DNA of 64,000 nucleotides from Patescibacteria group bacterium (GCA_041650755.1 JBAZKN010000003.1:86466-150465), one strand, 5' to 3'. Counted from the stretch's first letter, positions 10,101 through 20,470 are shown. Made by a program: numbers and translations. The notes: a model not told the origin generated them from the letters alone.

Positions 10101-11147
10101 TTATTCATAAAGATTGATTATTAGTTTATTTGTCCTGATGGCCTGCAAATATTGCTCAATCTCGATCAATAACTCATTTAATCTGGCGCTACGGGCATAA
10201 AATAGAAAAACAGAGGTGCGTAAAGCTGTCCAGGCTTGATATAAGTTTATCCGATTGATAAAAACTTGGTCAATGTCTTCAAAGTTTTCTGAAAAATAGG
10301 CTTCTACAAAAAATTTCTTATAATCATTTATTTTGTTTCTGGGTAAAAGGTTGTTTAACATAAAATCAAACTGCTGTAAAAATATGCCAATGTCAAGACA
10401 AGGATCGCCCCAAGACAAATCAGTAAAATCTATCACTTTGAGATGGTTGGGTTCCAAGCCGCTGACAATGATATTTTCCGGATGAAAATCGCCATGCACC
10501 AAAGTTTTGTTGAAAGTCGCCGCCAGACTAGCCTCTATTCCCAAAATGTCCCTTAGGGCAGTTTTTATAATTTCCCCTTCACTTGGCTTATATTGGCTAA
10601 AATCAGCTAAAAAATCTCCAGTCTTGGGGGTCATGTCTTTAATGAAAAAATCCTTAACCTTGAGGTTTATGGCGCTAGCCTCTAGGTTATGCAGTCGGGT
10701 CAGCCAATTGGCTGCCATGGTCAAAACTGGATGCAAATCTCTCTGCGGTTCATCGCTAATTAATTTTTTCAAAATCCTGCCCCTAACTCCCTCATAAAAA
10801 AAAGCTTGCATATCCGGCAAATAAAATAATGGCTTGGGCACCAAATAGTGGCCACTGGCAAAACCATGTTGATACAAAAACTGATTATTTAAATAGGCGG
10901 CTTGTCTTGAGCCATCGGTGTGAGCGGAGACGAAAATATTTAAATAGGCTTGGCTACCGGTTTGTTTCTGGTAGGTGCATAAATAGCCAACTACATAAAC
11001 CGCACTAGTGCGACCAAGATGTTTTTTGTAGGGCCGAAGCTCAATATTCAAAATTTCCTTGAATTCAGGATAATATTTTGGTAAGTATTGCATCAACAAT
11101 CGCCGCACATAATCCTCTTCCAATAATTTTTTCAAATCAGTAATCAT
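10101..11147 (-). CDS. APH/choline-kinase-fold phosphotransferase (possible sugar kinase, e.g. maltokinase-like)
   Basis: 348 aa with a catalytic-loop HGDFHPENIIV and a DFTDLSWGDPCLDIG motif (HGDxxxxN and DxD of the protein-kinase-like fold). It is embedded in the alpha-glucan locus. Confidence 0.6.
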   Translation of the reverse strand: MITDLKKLLEEDYVRRLLMQYLPKYYPEFKEILNIELRPYKKHLGRTSAVYVVGYLCTYQKQTGSQAYLNIFVSAHTDGSRQAAYLNNQFLYQHGFASGHYLVPKPLFYLPDMQAFFYEGVRGRILKKLISDEPQRDLHPVLTMAANWLTRLHNLEASAINLKVKDFFIKDMTPKTGDFLADFSQYKPSEGEIIKTALRDILGIEASLAATFNKTLVHGDFHPENIIVSGLEPNHLKVIDFTDLSWGDPCLDIGIFLQQFDFMLNNLLPRNKINDYKKFFVEAYFSENFEDIDQVFINRINLYQAWTALRTSVFLFYARSARLNELLIEIEQYLQAIRTNKLIINLYE

Positions 11148-11155
11148 TTTTCTTA

Positions 11156-12313
11156 TTAATTATTTTTATAATATTTGCGCCAATGGTCAAGCCAGAGATG
11201 TCTTTTTATATCAAGACAGATTTCCTCGGCCCTGATCTTGTCTTTGCTTGATGCCGAACCAAGTGAGCGAATACTACGCACCAGATCATCTGCCCCCTGA
11301 TCAACCATGTCCGGATGCCAAGTCAGCGCAGAAAATGGCGATGGCTTTTTGGCGCTAGCCCACCACCAAACACAAGACGACAAGCCCCTGTCTAAATGCC
11401 GGCGCGCCCAAGTAATATTTTTGTCTTTGGCTGATTTGCCCACTAAAACAATGGCTAGATTAGCTAAACGCCATAAATTGATATGAATATTGTTTTTCGG
11501 GTCAGACCACATGGCATAAGGTATACCCTTTTTCAGCTCTGCCTCGGTGCTTGCTTGGGAAGCTGGACGCAAATCAATATTTTGGCTCTTTTTTAAAGCA
11601 GACAGGTATTTGGTGGCCGTCAAAACCTGTAAATTTTTATCCAATAATATTTTTTCTATATGGCCTTGCCAATCGGTATGAAAATGCCCATAAATCTCTC
11701 CATCGGTAGCAGTGATTATCAACTGAGATTGCTTTAGGCTCCTTAACTTGTGAAAAATAATCTCTGGTGGATATGACCTGGAAATTTCTCGATTGCGAAA
11801 AACTACCGTGAGCCCCAAATTTTTTATTTTATACAAAATTTTATTGTCGACCGCACCACGATAAACAATCGGATCCAAAATAATCCACTGAAAACCCAGT
11901 TGTTTGATGATTTTGGCAACTGGCAAGCTATAGGCCATCTCAGGTAAATAAAAGCCTGATATTTTTATTTTACCAAAATATTTCTTTAAAATGGCCTGGT
12001 TTAGCTCAATCTGCCTGATAATTTCAAACTTTGGTAAGAGTGGTAAAAGCGGGTGATAATAAGCCGACGCCGTCAACTCCACTCGACCACTGGCTACTGC
12101 ATCCTTAAGCCTAGCTAAAATATCAGGATGTTGAGCAGCCAGAACCTCTACTAGATTCCCACTAATATTCAAAGTAAAAGAAAACTTTGGATATTTGGCT
12201 AGCAGAGTCAAAAGATAATCGTAGCTCTGGTTGGCCACCTGTTCAATCACGCCCCTGTCTTGCCAGGGCGGCTGATAAATATGCAAAAAATTAACCCAAG
12301 TTATTTTATCCAT
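11156..12313 (-). CDS. Glycoside hydrolase family 57 protein (alpha-glucan acting)
   Basis: 385 aa. The N-terminus WVNFLHIYQPPWQ (HxHQP-like), the NISGNLVEVL segment and the GRVELTASAYYHPLLPLLP segment match the conserved GH57 N-terminal catalytic region. Confidence 0.65.
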   Translation of the reverse strand: MDKITWVNFLHIYQPPWQDRGVIEQVANQSYDYLLTLLAKYPKFSFTLNISGNLVEVLAAQHPDILARLKDAVASGRVELTASAYYHPLLPLLPKFEIIRQIELNQAILKKYFGKIKISGFYLPEMAYSLPVAKIIKQLGFQWIILDPIVYRGAVDNKILYKIKNLGLTVVFRNREISRSYPPEIIFHKLRSLKQSQLIITATDGEIYGHFHTDWQGHIEKILLDKNLQVLTATKYLSALKKSQNIDLRPASQASTEAELKKGIPYAMWSDPKNNIHINLWRLANLAIVLVGKSAKDKNITWARRHLDRGLSSCVWWWASAKKPSPFSALTWHPDMVDQGADDLVRSIRSLGSASSKDKIRAEEICLDIKRHLWLDHWRKYYKNN

Positions 12314-12395
12314 CCCGTTAGAAATTATAGTAAAATTTATTCATTAGAATATGTATTTACACGTACCCGCTAGATATAGTAAATTTCTAGCAGGA

Positions 12396-13865
12396 TTAAT
12401 TTTTGTTTTTTATAGCTTTTTGATATAGCTCAATATATTCTTTGGCCGGCAACTCCCAGGAAAAAGACGACTTCATACCTCGGCAGGCCAAGTCTCGCCA
12501 AACTTTCTTGTGTTTATAGGTTTCTAAAGCTCTGGTCAAAGCAATCAAAAACTCCTGCTGGTCATAATTTTTGAAAGTAAAGCCGGTACCCCTTTTATTG
12601 GCTGGCTCAAAATTTTCTACAGTATCATTTAAACCCCCTGTTTGTCTGACTATTGGCACGCAGCCATAACGAAAACTTTTCATTTGGTTGATGCCACAAG
12701 GCTCCTGATGAGAAGGCAGTAAAAATATATCTGAACCGGCATAAATCAAGGTCTCATATTTAAATAACGTCTCCTGAGAAGGAACGACTGCCAGCTGCTT
12801 GGGGTATTGTTTGGCTAACCTGGCAAATTCCTTGAGATATTGTTTGTCGCCTGAACCGATGATTATCAGCTGGGCACCAAGGTCCATGATATTTTTAGTA
12901 ACCCCGGCAATCAGCTCAAAGCCCTTCTGAAAAGTGACTCGTGAAGTAGTGCAAAGTACCGGTGCTTCCGGATCTATGCGCAGGCCGAATAATTTCTGCA
13001 CCTTGGCTTTGTTTATTTTTTTCCTTTTTATTTTTCTATAATCATAGTTAGCCACTAGGCCAAGATCGTTGATCGGGTTAAAATCCTTATAATCAATGCC
13101 GTTGACTATACCAAATAATCTATCCTGATGATTGCGCAAAATTCTATGTAAATCCTGACCAAATGTCGGTCGCAAGATCTCCTTAGCATAAGTCTCCGAA
13201 ACGGTATTGACCACGTCAGCATGCAAAATACCTCTTTTGGCAAAATTAATATGCTCTAATTTTTTGTCAGAAAATTTTGGCAAAGATTTCTGGCCCTTAT
13301 CCCGATATTTTAGCGGCACTTCCCACCAATTATGCCCCAGTTGAAAAACTAAATTATGAATGGTAAAAACCGTAGCTGCCCCGGCAAGCGTTTGACTGTG
13401 CTTAAAACGAGTTTTCTTTAAATATGGTATCAAGCCAGTATGCCAGTCATGGCAATGAATAATGTCGGCCGGAAATTTCAATAAAGAAATCAACTTTAGA
13501 CAGGCCACATCAAATAAATAAAAACGGGCATTTTCATGATCCGAGCCATAAAGTTTTTTGTGGCGAGAAAAATATTTTTCATTACCAACAAAATATACCT
13601 TCAGGCCGGGCATCAACTCACCCCGATAATAGCTAACAGGGGTTTCCGTCTGATCATCAATTTTTAATTTGACATCAGAGTAAATTAACTCCAAGTGATG
13701 CGCTTTTGGGTCTATTGCCTTGCCATAAAAAGGCGTAATAATAATCACCTCGTGCCCCAAGCGATGGAGAGCCTTAGGCAGTGATCTGGTAACATCAGCC
13801 AGCCCCCCGGTCTTGGAATAGGGATGGACCTCCGAAGCGATGGAGACTATTTTTAATGCCTTCAT
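12396..13865 (-). CDS. glgA: Glycogen/starch synthase (GlgA-type), paralog 2
   Basis: 489 aa with the canonical KTGGLADV motif (HPYSKTGGLADVTRSLPKAL). Confidence 0.85.
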   Translation of the reverse strand: MKALKIVSIASEVHPYSKTGGLADVTRSLPKALHRLGHEVIIITPFYGKAIDPKAHHLELIYSDVKLKIDDQTETPVSYYRGELMPGLKVYFVGNEKYFSRHKKLYGSDHENARFYLFDVACLKLISLLKFPADIIHCHDWHTGLIPYLKKTRFKHSQTLAGAATVFTIHNLVFQLGHNWWEVPLKYRDKGQKSLPKFSDKKLEHINFAKRGILHADVVNTVSETYAKEILRPTFGQDLHRILRNHQDRLFGIVNGIDYKDFNPINDLGLVANYDYRKIKRKKINKAKVQKLFGLRIDPEAPVLCTTSRVTFQKGFELIAGVTKNIMDLGAQLIIIGSGDKQYLKEFARLAKQYPKQLAVVPSQETLFKYETLIYAGSDIFLLPSHQEPCGINQMKSFRYGCVPIVRQTGGLNDTVENFEPANKRGTGFTFKNYDQQEFLIALTRALETYKHKKVWRDLACRGMKSSFSWELPAKEYIELYQKAIKNKN

Positions 13866-13866
13866 T

Positions 13867-14361
13867 TTAAACTAAATTCTTATTAAAATAGGCGGCTGTA
13901 ATGGCAACTGCCAAGGCATCAGCCGCATCGTCTGGCTTGGGTACGCTAGACAAACGCAAAAGGCTCTTTACCATTAAGCCGACTTGTTTTTTGCTGGCTG
14001 TCCCGCTGGCAGCAATAGCCTGTTTTATCTGCAAGGGGGTGAACTCTACCAATTGCCTATTAGACTGCTCAATGGCCAGCAAAACTACTCCTCTGGCTTG
14101 ACCAACAGCCAAGGCGGTTTTGACATTTTTGGCAAAGAATAGCTTTTCTACGGCCACAATATCCGGCCGGTGCTGTTCAATCAAGCTTAAAATTTCCTTA
14201 TATATCTCTTGCGCGCGTCTAGAAAAACTGAATCGCGGGCTAGTCCTTATGCTGCCGGCTGCCACAAACTTCAAAATCTGCCCATGTTTACTGAGCACGC
14301 CAAAACCAGTATCTGCTAGTCCCGGGTCTAAGCCTAAAATGATGGTAGCTTTTGGCATCAA
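13867..14361 (-). CDS. ruvC: Holliday junction resolvase RuvC
   Basis: 164 aa with the N-terminal ILGLDPGLADTGFGV (RNase H-fold catalytic Asp). It lies immediately downstream of yebC, the classic yebC-ruvC synteny. Confidence 0.85.
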   Translation of the reverse strand: MMPKATIILGLDPGLADTGFGVLSKHGQILKFVAAGSIRTSPRFSFSRRAQEIYKEILSLIEQHRPDIVAVEKLFFAKNVKTALAVGQARGVVLLAIEQSNRQLVEFTPLQIKQAIAASGTASKKQVGLMVKSLLRLSSVPKPDDAADALAVAITAAYFNKNLV

Positions 14362-15066
14362 TCAGATATTAGCGTTGGTATAAATATTGTCGACGTCATC
14401 GTCATCATCTAATGCATCCAAAAGACGCAACAACTTATCTGGATCAGATAAATTCACTTGGTTCTTGGCTTGGTATATAATCTCTGACGACTTAATAAGA
14501 AAATTTTTACTTTGCAAATTATTTTTTACTTTTTCTAGATCATTGAGCTCGGTGATAATCCTAATCTGCTCATCGTGAATAATATCCAAAGCACCGGCCT
14601 CAATAATATCTAATTCTGCCTGCTCACTCAAATTGCTTTGCCCCAGATCAATGGCCCCTCGAATGTCAAACATCCACAAAACGCTGCCCGCGCCGGCCAG
14701 ATTGCCGTCATATTTACTAAGAATATTTTTTATATTAGCAACCGCTCGATTTTTATTATCAGTCACCACTTCGATAAGCAATGCTGCGCCCTCTGGACCA
14801 TAGGCCTCATATAGTAAGCTCTCAATGCTGTTACCGTCACCCACGCCGGCCGCCCGCTTGATAGCCCGCTCAATGCTGTCTTTGGGCATATTTAAATCAC
14901 GGGCCTTATCAATGGCCATGCGCAATTTAAAATTGGCGTTTGGGTCCAAGCCACCACGAGCAGCTACGGTAATATTTTTTGAAAGTTTAGTAAATAAATT
15001 ACTGCGCTTGGCATCAACTGCCGCTTTGGCCCTTTTGGTCGTTGCCCACTTTGAATGACCACTCAT
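14362..15066 (-). CDS. yebC: YebC/PmpR family DNA-binding transcriptional regulator
   Basis: MSGHSKWATTKRAKAAVDAKRSNLFTKL is the conserved YebC N-terminus. The start is placed at this Met, 18 nt inside the ORF-track start. Confidence 0.85.
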   Translation of the reverse strand: MSGHSKWATTKRAKAAVDAKRSNLFTKLSKNITVAARGGLDPNANFKLRMAIDKARDLNMPKDSIERAIKRAAGVGDGNSIESLLYEAYGPEGAALLIEVVTDNKNRAVANIKNILSKYDGNLAGAGSVLWMFDIRGAIDLGQSNLSEQAELDIIEAGALDIIHDEQIRIITELNDLEKVKNNLQSKNFLIKSSEIIYQAKNQVNLSDPDKLLRLLDALDDDDDVDNIYTNANI

Positions 15067-15240
15067 AAAAACCGTAAAAATCACTGATAAAAAATAGCTA
15101 GTAAAGCTGTGTTTATGTGTCTATCTTAACAATTATCAGGTAAAAAATCAACCCGCTCACCCTTGTGTAAAAAAGCCCTTGACTATTCGATTGGTCCATG
15201 AGAAACTAAACTCAGTTAAAAAATCCCAACCCCTTCTCAC

Positions 15241-15273
15241 ATCTCCGCGCCCATGCCTGGCGGAGATTTTTTA
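15241..15273 (+). terminator. Intrinsic terminator-like hairpin immediately upstream of the 15288 membrane-protein gene (possible attenuator or small-RNA end)
   Basis: A perfect 8-bp stem (atctccgc ... gcggagat) is followed by T6. Confidence 0.4.
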
Positions 15274-15287
15274 TTCTTATTCTTTTC

Positions 15288-16937
15288 TTGGCGTACTATA
15301 CTTTTTTTTGCTACAATAAAGCCATGCCTAAAATGAAAATGTATATCAATTGGCGCTTGTTGAGAACTGGATTTTTCGATTGGCGACTAAACTATGCCGG
15401 TATTTTTTTACTTATGCTGGGCTACTACGGCTGGCTGCAGCGCGTCCCTTATATCGGCGATCCTGATGGCTTCTATCATGCCAAAATGGCTGTGTTTTTG
15501 CGCCAAGGCATTATTCTAAAATCTTTACCCTGGATGCAATTTAGCACTTTGCGGGATCATTTCACCGACCATCATCTCCTCTATCATATATTACTGGCGC
15601 CATTTACTCTTATCCAAGATAACCCACTGCTTGGCGTCAAAATTGCCGCTATAGTTTTTGCCGCCATAATGGTGACTGTTTTTTATTGGCTACTAAAAAA
15701 ATTAGATATTGCCTGGCCGGCTTGGCTAACCCTACTTTTCGTCACCTTATCCGGTTTAAATTTTCGTCTAGCTTTAATAAAAGTAAGCCCCCTATCAATA
15801 CTAGTTGTCTGGCTGCTAATTTACGCTTTATACAAAGAAAAGAATTGGCTTACCTTTGCCTTGGGTTTTATCTTTGTCTGGCTGTATGGCGGCTGGCCCA
15901 TAGCTCTGATGGTATTACTTGCTTATCTGCTGGCGGAAAAAATATACATTTTTATCCATCAGAAAAAAATTAATCTGCTGCACAAAAAGATAGTATTAGC
16001 TCTCCCTTTTGCCCACAAATCTAAAGCTTATTTCCGCCAAAGCTTGGCGCTAATCTCCGGCCTAGTTGCTGGCCTTATTGTAAATCCTTATTTCCCAACT
16101 AATTTATATTTTTATTACCAACAATTTGTCCAAATCGGTGTTATCAATATGGGCAATAAATTTTCGGTGGGGGAAGAGTGGTATGGGGCCAACTTTGGCC
16201 AAGTGGTCAGTGTCGCGCCCCACATATTTGCCTTGGCTTGTGTTTTGTTTGTCATTCTATTTTACAACCACCGCCGCATCAGTCGCCTGACCATATTTAG
16301 CTTTGGTCTGACTTTTGTCTTCTTATTTCTAACCATGAAGTCGCGCCGCTACTTAGAATATTATTCTCCATTTTTATTATTATATGCTGCCACAGCCTTA
16401 AATGATGTCAAAAACGCCATTTCTTGGAAAAAAATGAACAAATTTTGGGATAGTCTAGCCTGGTATGTAAGAACTTATTTAGCTATTACCGTATTATTTT
16501 TCTGCATACTGGCTATGCCAAAAATATATGAACAAGCCCTCAATACGGCTATAAATAAACGGCTGCCCTTAAACCAATTTGCCGGAGCGGCCAATTGGCT
16601 AAAAAACAACACGCCAGCACACAGCTTGGTCTTCCATACTGACTGGGATGAGTGGCCGATGTTATTCTATTTTAATGACCAAAATTATTATATGGTTGGG
16701 CTGGACTTTACTTTTATGTACAACTATAGTCCGGAGCTACAAAAAGAATACATTGACATCACCACCAACCAAATGCCAGAGCCCTTGGCCAAAAAAATCA
16801 AACAAGATTTTGGGGCCAGTTATATATTTATAGAAAAAATGGACCGCGATAATCTAATAAAAAAATTAGAAACCGATCCGGATATGTCCCGAGTCTATAA
16901 TGATGAAAAAACTTCCATCTACAAAATAAATCTATGA
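15288..16937 (+). CDS. Large polytopic membrane protein, possibly a GT-C-fold glycosyltransferase
   Basis: 549 aa with more than 10 predicted TM helices and an acidic DPDGFYH motif in the first loop. It has a 4-bp overlap with the next gene. Confidence 0.45.
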   Translation: MAYYTFFCYNKAMPKMKMYINWRLLRTGFFDWRLNYAGIFLLMLGYYGWLQRVPYIGDPDGFYHAKMAVFLRQGIILKSLPWMQFSTLRDHFTDHHLLYHILLAPFTLIQDNPLLGVKIAAIVFAAIMVTVFYWLLKKLDIAWPAWLTLLFVTLSGLNFRLALIKVSPLSILVVWLLIYALYKEKNWLTFALGFIFVWLYGGWPIALMVLLAYLLAEKIYIFIHQKKINLLHKKIVLALPFAHKSKAYFRQSLALISGLVAGLIVNPYFPTNLYFYYQQFVQIGVINMGNKFSVGEEWYGANFGQVVSVAPHIFALACVLFVILFYNHRRISRLTIFSFGLTFVFLFLTMKSRRYLEYYSPFLLLYAATALNDVKNAISWKKMNKFWDSLAWYVRTYLAITVLFFCILAMPKIYEQALNTAINKRLPLNQFAGAANWLKNNTPAHSLVFHTDWDEWPMLFYFNDQNYYMVGLDFTFMYNYSPELQKEYIDITTNQMPEPLAKKIKQDFGASYIFIEKMDRDNLIKKLETDPDMSRVYNDEKTSIYKINL

Positions 16938-18526
16938 AAAAAATATCTGTTTGGTTCAAAAAAAATTGGGTCCTGATTACTATAATTATAATATTTTTAT
17001 TATTAAACAATCTCAATTATCTAGCTGGTTTTCTATTTAGCGTGAAATCGACTGATCTTATATACGGCGGTGCACCAACCACCAATATTGGCGACTATAA
17101 TGTTTATCTGTCATACATACAACAGGGTTGGCAAGGCCACCTATTCATGAAAATATTATACAACCCGGCTAGCCGATATCTTTTATTTTCCCCTATTTGG
17201 TTTCTCATCGGGCAGTTCAACCGCCTGACCGATCTAAATATAATCTTCAGCTACCACTTATTTAGGGCTTTACTTAGTTTGGTATTTATTGGCGTACTTT
17301 ATTGGTGGCTAAAAAAAATATTTAACCAAAAATGGCTACGCTTGTCTGCTTTAGCCTTTATTTTATTTAGTAATGGTTTTGGCTTATTTTTTCTCAATAT
17401 TTTACATCATTATCAGTTGTCGCCAAGCAATCAATGGATACCGGAATCTATTACTTTTTTAAACCTCAATCAGGGCCCTCTATTCATCATCTCCCAAGCC
17501 TTACTGCTACTGGTCTTTAGCCTGTTCATAAAGGCCTGGCAAGAAAGAAGACCCCGGCTCCTGTTTTGGGCCTGTCTAGCCAACTTATTTTTAGGTTTAA
17601 ATCATCCCTATGACCTGGTGACTATAATGTGCATTCTCTTGATCTTTACTACTTGGGAGTATCTAGAAAAAAGACAAATTAAGATTATTTTTTATTATGC
17701 TGCTTTGGGTATCTCCACTTTGCTGGCTGGCGCCTACCTGCTCTACTTGCTCAAAGACCCCAGCATGCAACAATACCAGGCGCAAAACATACTGCTGTCA
17801 AAAAACATCTGGGAATATATTTTTGGTTTTGGTGCTTTGACTGTTCTGTCTCTACTGGGAATATTTTATGTATTAAAACAAAAATTATATATCAACCCTC
17901 ACATCAAATTACTGGCTATCTGGGCACTATGCGGCTGGGTCCTAGTGTACTTGCCGCTTGACTTTAACCGGCGTCTAAGTAATGGCTGGCACATTGCCCT
18001 GGCCGCCATAAGTTTTTTGGCTATTATCCAAATTTCTAAAAAAATAAATTTTTACTGGCGCCTGATTTTTTTAGGTTTTATAATGAGTGTTTGCCTTTTT
18101 GACACTCTGGGGCACATAATAAATGATGTTATTATTACCCGAGACATCGCCAGGCGGCCTCTATTTTTTTTCAGCCAGGCGCGGATGAAAAATTATCAAT
18201 TTATTAAAAAAATAAACACCGAGCACGATGTGTTTTTAAGCCGTAATAACGACGCCGGACTTTTACCGGCCTTTACCGGCTGCACTGTCTATATGGGCAA
18301 TTCCATACTCACGCCCAATGCCAGCCAAAAAAATGCGCAAATTGCCAATCTTTGGGCTAGCCGACAAGATATTGGTGATTGGCTAAAAGACAATAAAATC
18401 ACCTATATCTTTGCCAGCCGAGACTATATACCGGAATTTGAACAAATAAAATGGCTGGCCGATCAGCCATATATAGAGCCGGTTATTGATAATGATTCTT
18501 TTTTATTATACAAGGTCAGAAGCTGA
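16934..18526 (+). CDS. Large polytopic membrane protein, possibly a GT-C-fold glycosyltransferase, with a C-terminal soluble domain
   Basis: 530 aa with many TM helices and a C-terminal soluble region of about 150 aa. It is translationally coupled to the upstream gene. Confidence 0.45.
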   Translation: MKKISVWFKKNWVLITIIIIFLLLNNLNYLAGFLFSVKSTDLIYGGAPTTNIGDYNVYLSYIQQGWQGHLFMKILYNPASRYLLFSPIWFLIGQFNRLTDLNIIFSYHLFRALLSLVFIGVLYWWLKKIFNQKWLRLSALAFILFSNGFGLFFLNILHHYQLSPSNQWIPESITFLNLNQGPLFIISQALLLLVFSLFIKAWQERRPRLLFWACLANLFLGLNHPYDLVTIMCILLIFTTWEYLEKRQIKIIFYYAALGISTLLAGAYLLYLLKDPSMQQYQAQNILLSKNIWEYIFGFGALTVLSLLGIFYVLKQKLYINPHIKLLAIWALCGWVLVYLPLDFNRRLSNGWHIALAAISFLAIIQISKKINFYWRLIFLGFIMSVCLFDTLGHIINDVIITRDIARRPLFFFSQARMKNYQFIKKINTEHDVFLSRNNDAGLLPAFTGCTVYMGNSILTPNASQKNAQIANLWASRQDIGDWLKDNKITYIFASRDYIPEFEQIKWLADQPYIEPVIDNDSFLLYKVRS

Positions 18527-20405
18527 CCCGCCCGCCAAGCGGCTCAAGTTTAGCATCTAGATAAACCTCATTGATCTGACCCAGCTTATTATCACCACTC
18601 CAATAAAAGACTTGATAACTGTCCACTGCAACCTCTGGATAATAATAAAAATTAACCAGTTTATCATCGGGCCAGTCTTTGACTGGCAATAAGCCATAAT
18701 CAAGCGGCAAATCAAAATAATATTCGCCCCGATAAAAACGCACTAGATAATTTTTTTCCTGATCACCGGTCTTTTGATAACTTATTTTTAATACCGACCT
18801 ATCACCATCTATTTGTCTTTGGCCATAAACGACCATGCCCTGCTCTATCTTATCGGGCAAAGCACTAAAATCATAAAGCTTTAATTCTGGCCGCTGGCTG
18901 AATTTTTTATTTTGCCATAAATACATATTATTTTCTGCCCTGACCAAGCCATAGCCAGACAATATCTGACGCCAGTGCTTAGCCATATTGGGCCAATATG
19001 CCCTGGTGGGTGCTTTCTGGGCCTCTGATAGGGTGGTCAAAAAATCATTATAATCGACCACAATATAGTCGACTTCCGGCATCTCAAATTCAGTAAAGAC
19101 AAACTGTGAAACTCCAAAATAGGCATAATCTAAATTATATAAAGTCGACCGATTGCTTAGGGCTGGCAATAAATTTACCTGGGCAGTGGCTATAGCAGTA
19201 TCTGGTATCTCCTGCAAGAAACTGACCACCTGCTCGTGATATCCTGCAGGATAAGTCCTGGCCAAAATATGCCTGGCCGGCGAAAGAAAAACAGCAAAAT
19301 AAAGCAAAGTAAAAATAAAAATAAATTTAAAAAAACCAAAATTATTATAAACCACCCCACTGCCTAAAAATTTTTCTCGCTGGCTGATCTTGTCTAAAGC
19401 AAAGATTAGCGCCACGAAAATGCCTGGTAGAATTAATAACACAAAACGACTGCTATAAGCTACGCTAGAAAAACCGGCCGTACCCAAAGCTAGTTGTAAA
19501 AACGGCAATAATGACAACAATAAATATTTTGGCTTCAAAATAGGCAAAAATAACAAGGGCAGCAGCACAATAGCTAAACTAGATATGTTTCTCCAGGAAA
19601 ATAGGTGCGCTAAAAAAGCTATCGGGTGACTTAGCCAACTTAAAAATATAGACCACAGGTCTTTGCCGCCCAACCAACCATAATAGATAAAATATTTATA
19701 ATTACCGGCCAAAGAAAAATATTTGATAATAAAAACTGCTAAGATAAAATATGAAATCGGTAATAAAATACTGGTTATTTTCCATTTAACGCTTTTTTTG
19801 TCAAAGAAAGACAGACCAAAAAAGGCCAGCAAAATAAAACTGATGTCTTCTCTGACCAGGAGCGCTAAAATAAAAAATAATAAAAATAATTTATAATTAT
19901 TTTTTAGATAAAAATAAAAACAAAATAAAACCAAAAAGGCGGCCATATACATCAGATGGGATTCATCTAAGTTGGCACTTTGGACAAATGGACTCAAGAG
20001 CCAGGCAATAGCTGCCAGCAAACTCAGTTGAATATTTTTGGTCACCTGCTTGGCAATCAAGTAGAGCGGCCAAGCTGATAAACCCAAAAAAATTGTTTGT
20101 AAAATCAGCAGGACCTGCGGGCCCGGCTTAATGGCGTAAAATGGCAATAGCAAAATAATGATGGGGGAAAAATGATCGCCTAAATAACTATTTAGAGTAA
20201 TCGTCTCTTGAAACCAGCGGCCATGCAGAGTGTTAAAAAATACTTGGTTAAAAATAGCTAGGTCACTGACATTATAAGTAAAATAATAATATCTTTTGAG
20301 TGCCAAAAAAATAAAAACTGCAGTGTATATGGCTATTACCAACCACAAAAATAAGCTAGCCCGTCTATTTAAAATAATATTTATTTTATTTTTGAATACA
20401 GGCAT
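18516..20405 (-). CDS. Large polytopic membrane protein with a C-terminal extracytoplasmic domain
   Basis: 629 aa with about 12 or more TM helices followed by a soluble tail of about 130 aa. It is convergent with the two preceding membrane-protein genes. Confidence 0.45.
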   Translation of the reverse strand: MPVFKNKINIILNRRASLFLWLVIAIYTAVFIFLALKRYYYFTYNVSDLAIFNQVFFNTLHGRWFQETITLNSYLGDHFSPIIILLLPFYAIKPGPQVLLILQTIFLGLSAWPLYLIAKQVTKNIQLSLLAAIAWLLSPFVQSANLDESHLMYMAAFLVLFCFYFYLKNNYKLFLLFFILALLVREDISFILLAFFGLSFFDKKSVKWKITSILLPISYFILAVFIIKYFSLAGNYKYFIYYGWLGGKDLWSIFLSWLSHPIAFLAHLFSWRNISSLAIVLLPLLFLPILKPKYLLLSLLPFLQLALGTAGFSSVAYSSRFVLLILPGIFVALIFALDKISQREKFLGSGVVYNNFGFFKFIFIFTLLYFAVFLSPARHILARTYPAGYHEQVVSFLQEIPDTAIATAQVNLLPALSNRSTLYNLDYAYFGVSQFVFTEFEMPEVDYIVVDYNDFLTTLSEAQKAPTRAYWPNMAKHWRQILSGYGLVRAENNMYLWQNKKFSQRPELKLYDFSALPDKIEQGMVVYGQRQIDGDRSVLKISYQKTGDQEKNYLVRFYRGEYYFDLPLDYGLLPVKDWPDDKLVNFYYYPEVAVDSYQVFYWSGDNKLGQINEVYLDAKLEPLGGRVSF

Positions 20406-20441
20406 GCAAATATTATAACATGGTAAAAAATTTCTTACCTC

Positions 20442-20470
20442 TTGACAAAAGCAGATTTGTATTATATAAT
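20442..20470 (+). promoter_or_regulatory. Consensus sigma70-type promoter (TTGACA-17-TATAAT) upstream of the GC-rich islet 1 gene
   Basis: TTGACA at 20442-20447, a 17-nt spacer, and TATAAT at 20465-20470. Confidence 0.5.
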
